Shown here: positions 30,788-32,352 of the stretch, piece by piece
Layout of the letters: the number at the start of each line of letters is the position of its first letter
Numbering within the stretch: the stretch's first letter is position 1
Source: a virus
Lineage: Duplodnaviria; Caudoviricetes
IMG/VR virus record: IMGVR_UViG_3300032335_000831
Coordinates: 1-32,352 of that record
DNA length: 32,352 nucleotides
Direction: 5' to 3' (one strand)
Made by a program: the position numbers and the translations under genes
The notes under the pieces: generated by a model
Seen by the model: only the letters and a program-made list of their open reading frames with translations
Told to the model about the DNA's origin: nothing
Database searches by the model: none

Positions 30788-32149
30788 ATGTCTTTGACCA
30801 AAGTAACATACTCCATGATTAGCGGGTCACCCGCTAACGCTCTAGACTTTGGCGCTGTTGCGGATGGAACAACAAACAATACCGCCGCAGTTCAAGCCGC
30901 GCTCAACTCACTTCCCACTGCTGGTGGTCTTGTCGAGATTCCAGCGGGGTGTCGGTTTAACATCAAGAATTTGACGTTCAGGCAAAACTGCAATATGCAG
31001 TATTACTCGAACGACGATCTGTCAGTCCCCGGCCCGTATTTTGACATTGGCTCTGGCGAGTTGGTGTACTTCAGCGCAAACAGCAGCTACCCAACAGACC
31101 CCACGGGCGCTGCGGTCAATGAATGGCGGTTCACTGCTGCGTTTCACCCCGGCATCGTTACCGATGTTCGCAAAGATGTAAACGGCGCTAATGCGTATCT
31201 GGCTCCAGGCCAGACACTGACTGAGCCAGTCCGTGCAAGCTGGAACATGATGGACGAGCAGACGCCATCGTTCACAACGATCTATCAAAATTATTCATCC
31301 AACTCTAATTTTTCTGGTGTTGGCACATTTACCTATCGACGGGTTGTTACCCTAAACGGTGTAGGAACGGCAAACTGGCCTTCCTTGCCGACCGCTGGAA
31401 ACATCATCATTGGTTTAACTAGCGGCGCTGCTGGATTTGTTCTTTCGGTTGGGGCGTCTAACACTGTGCTACTGTGGTTTAGCGGCAAGTTTGTTGCTGG
31501 CGAAAATTTGCAGTTGGCATCGCCGCTGACCACTAGCACATCAACGGTTACATCGGTTGTGTTTACGCTGACCAATATGCCGCCTTTGTCGCAAGACTTT
31601 TTGCACGGCTCTTGGTCTATTGGGTTGCCTCCGCAAGCTGTGACTGACTTGTTTGCTGTTGGTGGTCGTATCGTTGCTACGCCTACGCGCAGTTCTGGGC
31701 AGTACATAGACACAGTTGTCACTGACCCCGGTTTCGGTTTTAAAAGCAGCTACGAAACAAGCATTCGTGGCCGCTACATGGTTGCTGACAGCGCAACCGA
31801 CTTCGCCAGAATTGTCCTGCGTAATTTGACTACCACGGCAAATATTGCTAATGTTGGGGCTTGCATTGCCCACAATACGTTTGCAGGCAGCGGTGGTATC
31901 AGTTCGTCATCTTTCAATGTTACATCGATGACGAAAACTGCTACCGGCATTTACGCTGTGGTGTTCGCAAACCCTGCCGCAAGGGCCGATTACACCGTAA
32001 ACGTAACAACTGGTGCGGCTTTGGATTACGGGTTTGTAACTGACAGAACTGTAAACGGCTTTAATCTTAAAATTGTCCAAACGGGTACATCAACGGCGCA
32101 GGATGCAACTGCACTTGCATCGTTTGCCTGCTTTGGCGGCGACATTTAA
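30788..32149 (+). CDS. Tailspike/receptor-binding protein 2 (453 aa)
   Basis: MSLTKVTYSMI start; NALDFGAVADGTTNNTAAVQAALN; C-terminal SFNVTS....TGIY.V.F domain. Confidence 0.75.
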   Translation: MSLTKVTYSMISGSPANALDFGAVADGTTNNTAAVQAALNSLPTAGGLVEIPAGCRFNIKNLTFRQNCNMQYYSNDDLSVPGPYFDIGSGELVYFSANSSYPTDPTGAAVNEWRFTAAFHPGIVTDVRKDVNGANAYLAPGQTLTEPVRASWNMMDEQTPSFTTIYQNYSSNSNFSGVGTFTYRRVVTLNGVGTANWPSLPTAGNIIIGLTSGAAGFVLSVGASNTVLLWFSGKFVAGENLQLASPLTTSTSTVTSVVFTLTNMPPLSQDFLHGSWSIGLPPQAVTDLFAVGGRIVATPTRSSGQYIDTVVTDPGFGFKSSYETSIRGRYMVADSATDFARIVLRNLTTTANIANVGACIAHNTFAGSGGISSSSFNVTSMTKTATGIYAVVFANPAARADYTVNVTTGAALDYGFVTDRTVNGFNLKIVQTGTSTAQDATALASFACFGGDI

Positions 32150-32156
32150 GTCTATG

Positions 32157-32185
32157 TTGACAAGCGCATTCTGAGCGCATAATCT
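32157..32185 (+). promoter_or_regulatory. Sigma70-like promoter for the head genes
   Basis: TTGACA (32157-62), 17-nt spacer, TAATCT (32180-85). Confidence 0.6.
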
Positions 32186-32231
32186 GAGAACTGTACTGGC
32201 CCGGTAGACCAGGGATTCACAAGAATCGAAA

Positions 32232-32352
32232 ATGACTGAAGAAGTCCAACAAGCCTTAGCGGAAGTTGAATCCGCGCCAGCACCCGAGGCGACGGCCGCC
32301 CCGGAGAATGCACAAAACGCGCCGGAAGTAGCTGAGAGTCAACCCGAGCAGA
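32232..32352 (+). CDS. Probable scaffolding protein, 3'-truncated
   Basis: MTEEVQQALAEVESAPAPEATAAPENAQNAPEVAESQPEQ...: acidic Ala/Pro/Glu N-terminus after a promoter downstream of the portal region. Confidence 0.55.
   Translation, partial: MTEEVQQALAEVESAPAPEATAAPENAQNAPEVAESQPEQ

Overview
About 32 kb of a tailed dsDNA phage genome with a podovirus-like gene set (P22-type portal, three ejection-like proteins, no tape measure). It is cut inside a virion gene at the left end and inside the probable scaffold gene at the right end. A proteobacterial host is likely but is inferred, not shown. Layout: virion/DNA-ejection and lysis genes (+, 1-6706); a long leftward early region of small, mostly translationally coupled genes around an ERF/YqaJ/SSB recombination module (-, 6708-16193); a cro-like gene, about 750 bp of highly structured non-coding DNA, a short replication protein, a C5 DNA methyltransferase and RusA (+, 16312-19036); two leftward islands flanking terS (ArdC-like gene; three small genes separated by structured repeats); then terL, portal, three receptor-binding proteins and the scaffold start (+, 22520-32352). 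No integrase, CI repressor, tRNA, CRISPR array or reverse transcriptase was seen. Most notable: (1) early genes built from variable segments joined by a small set of repeated DNA linkers, several of which double as SD/start/stop junctions, suggesting a recombinational cassette-shuffling system; (2) a methyltransferase encoded by two almost fully overlapping reading frames; (3) a four-copy promoter module with two different palindromes at fixed positions; (4) several candidate structured RNAs. All assignments are by eye, from motifs; no database searches or folding programs were run.
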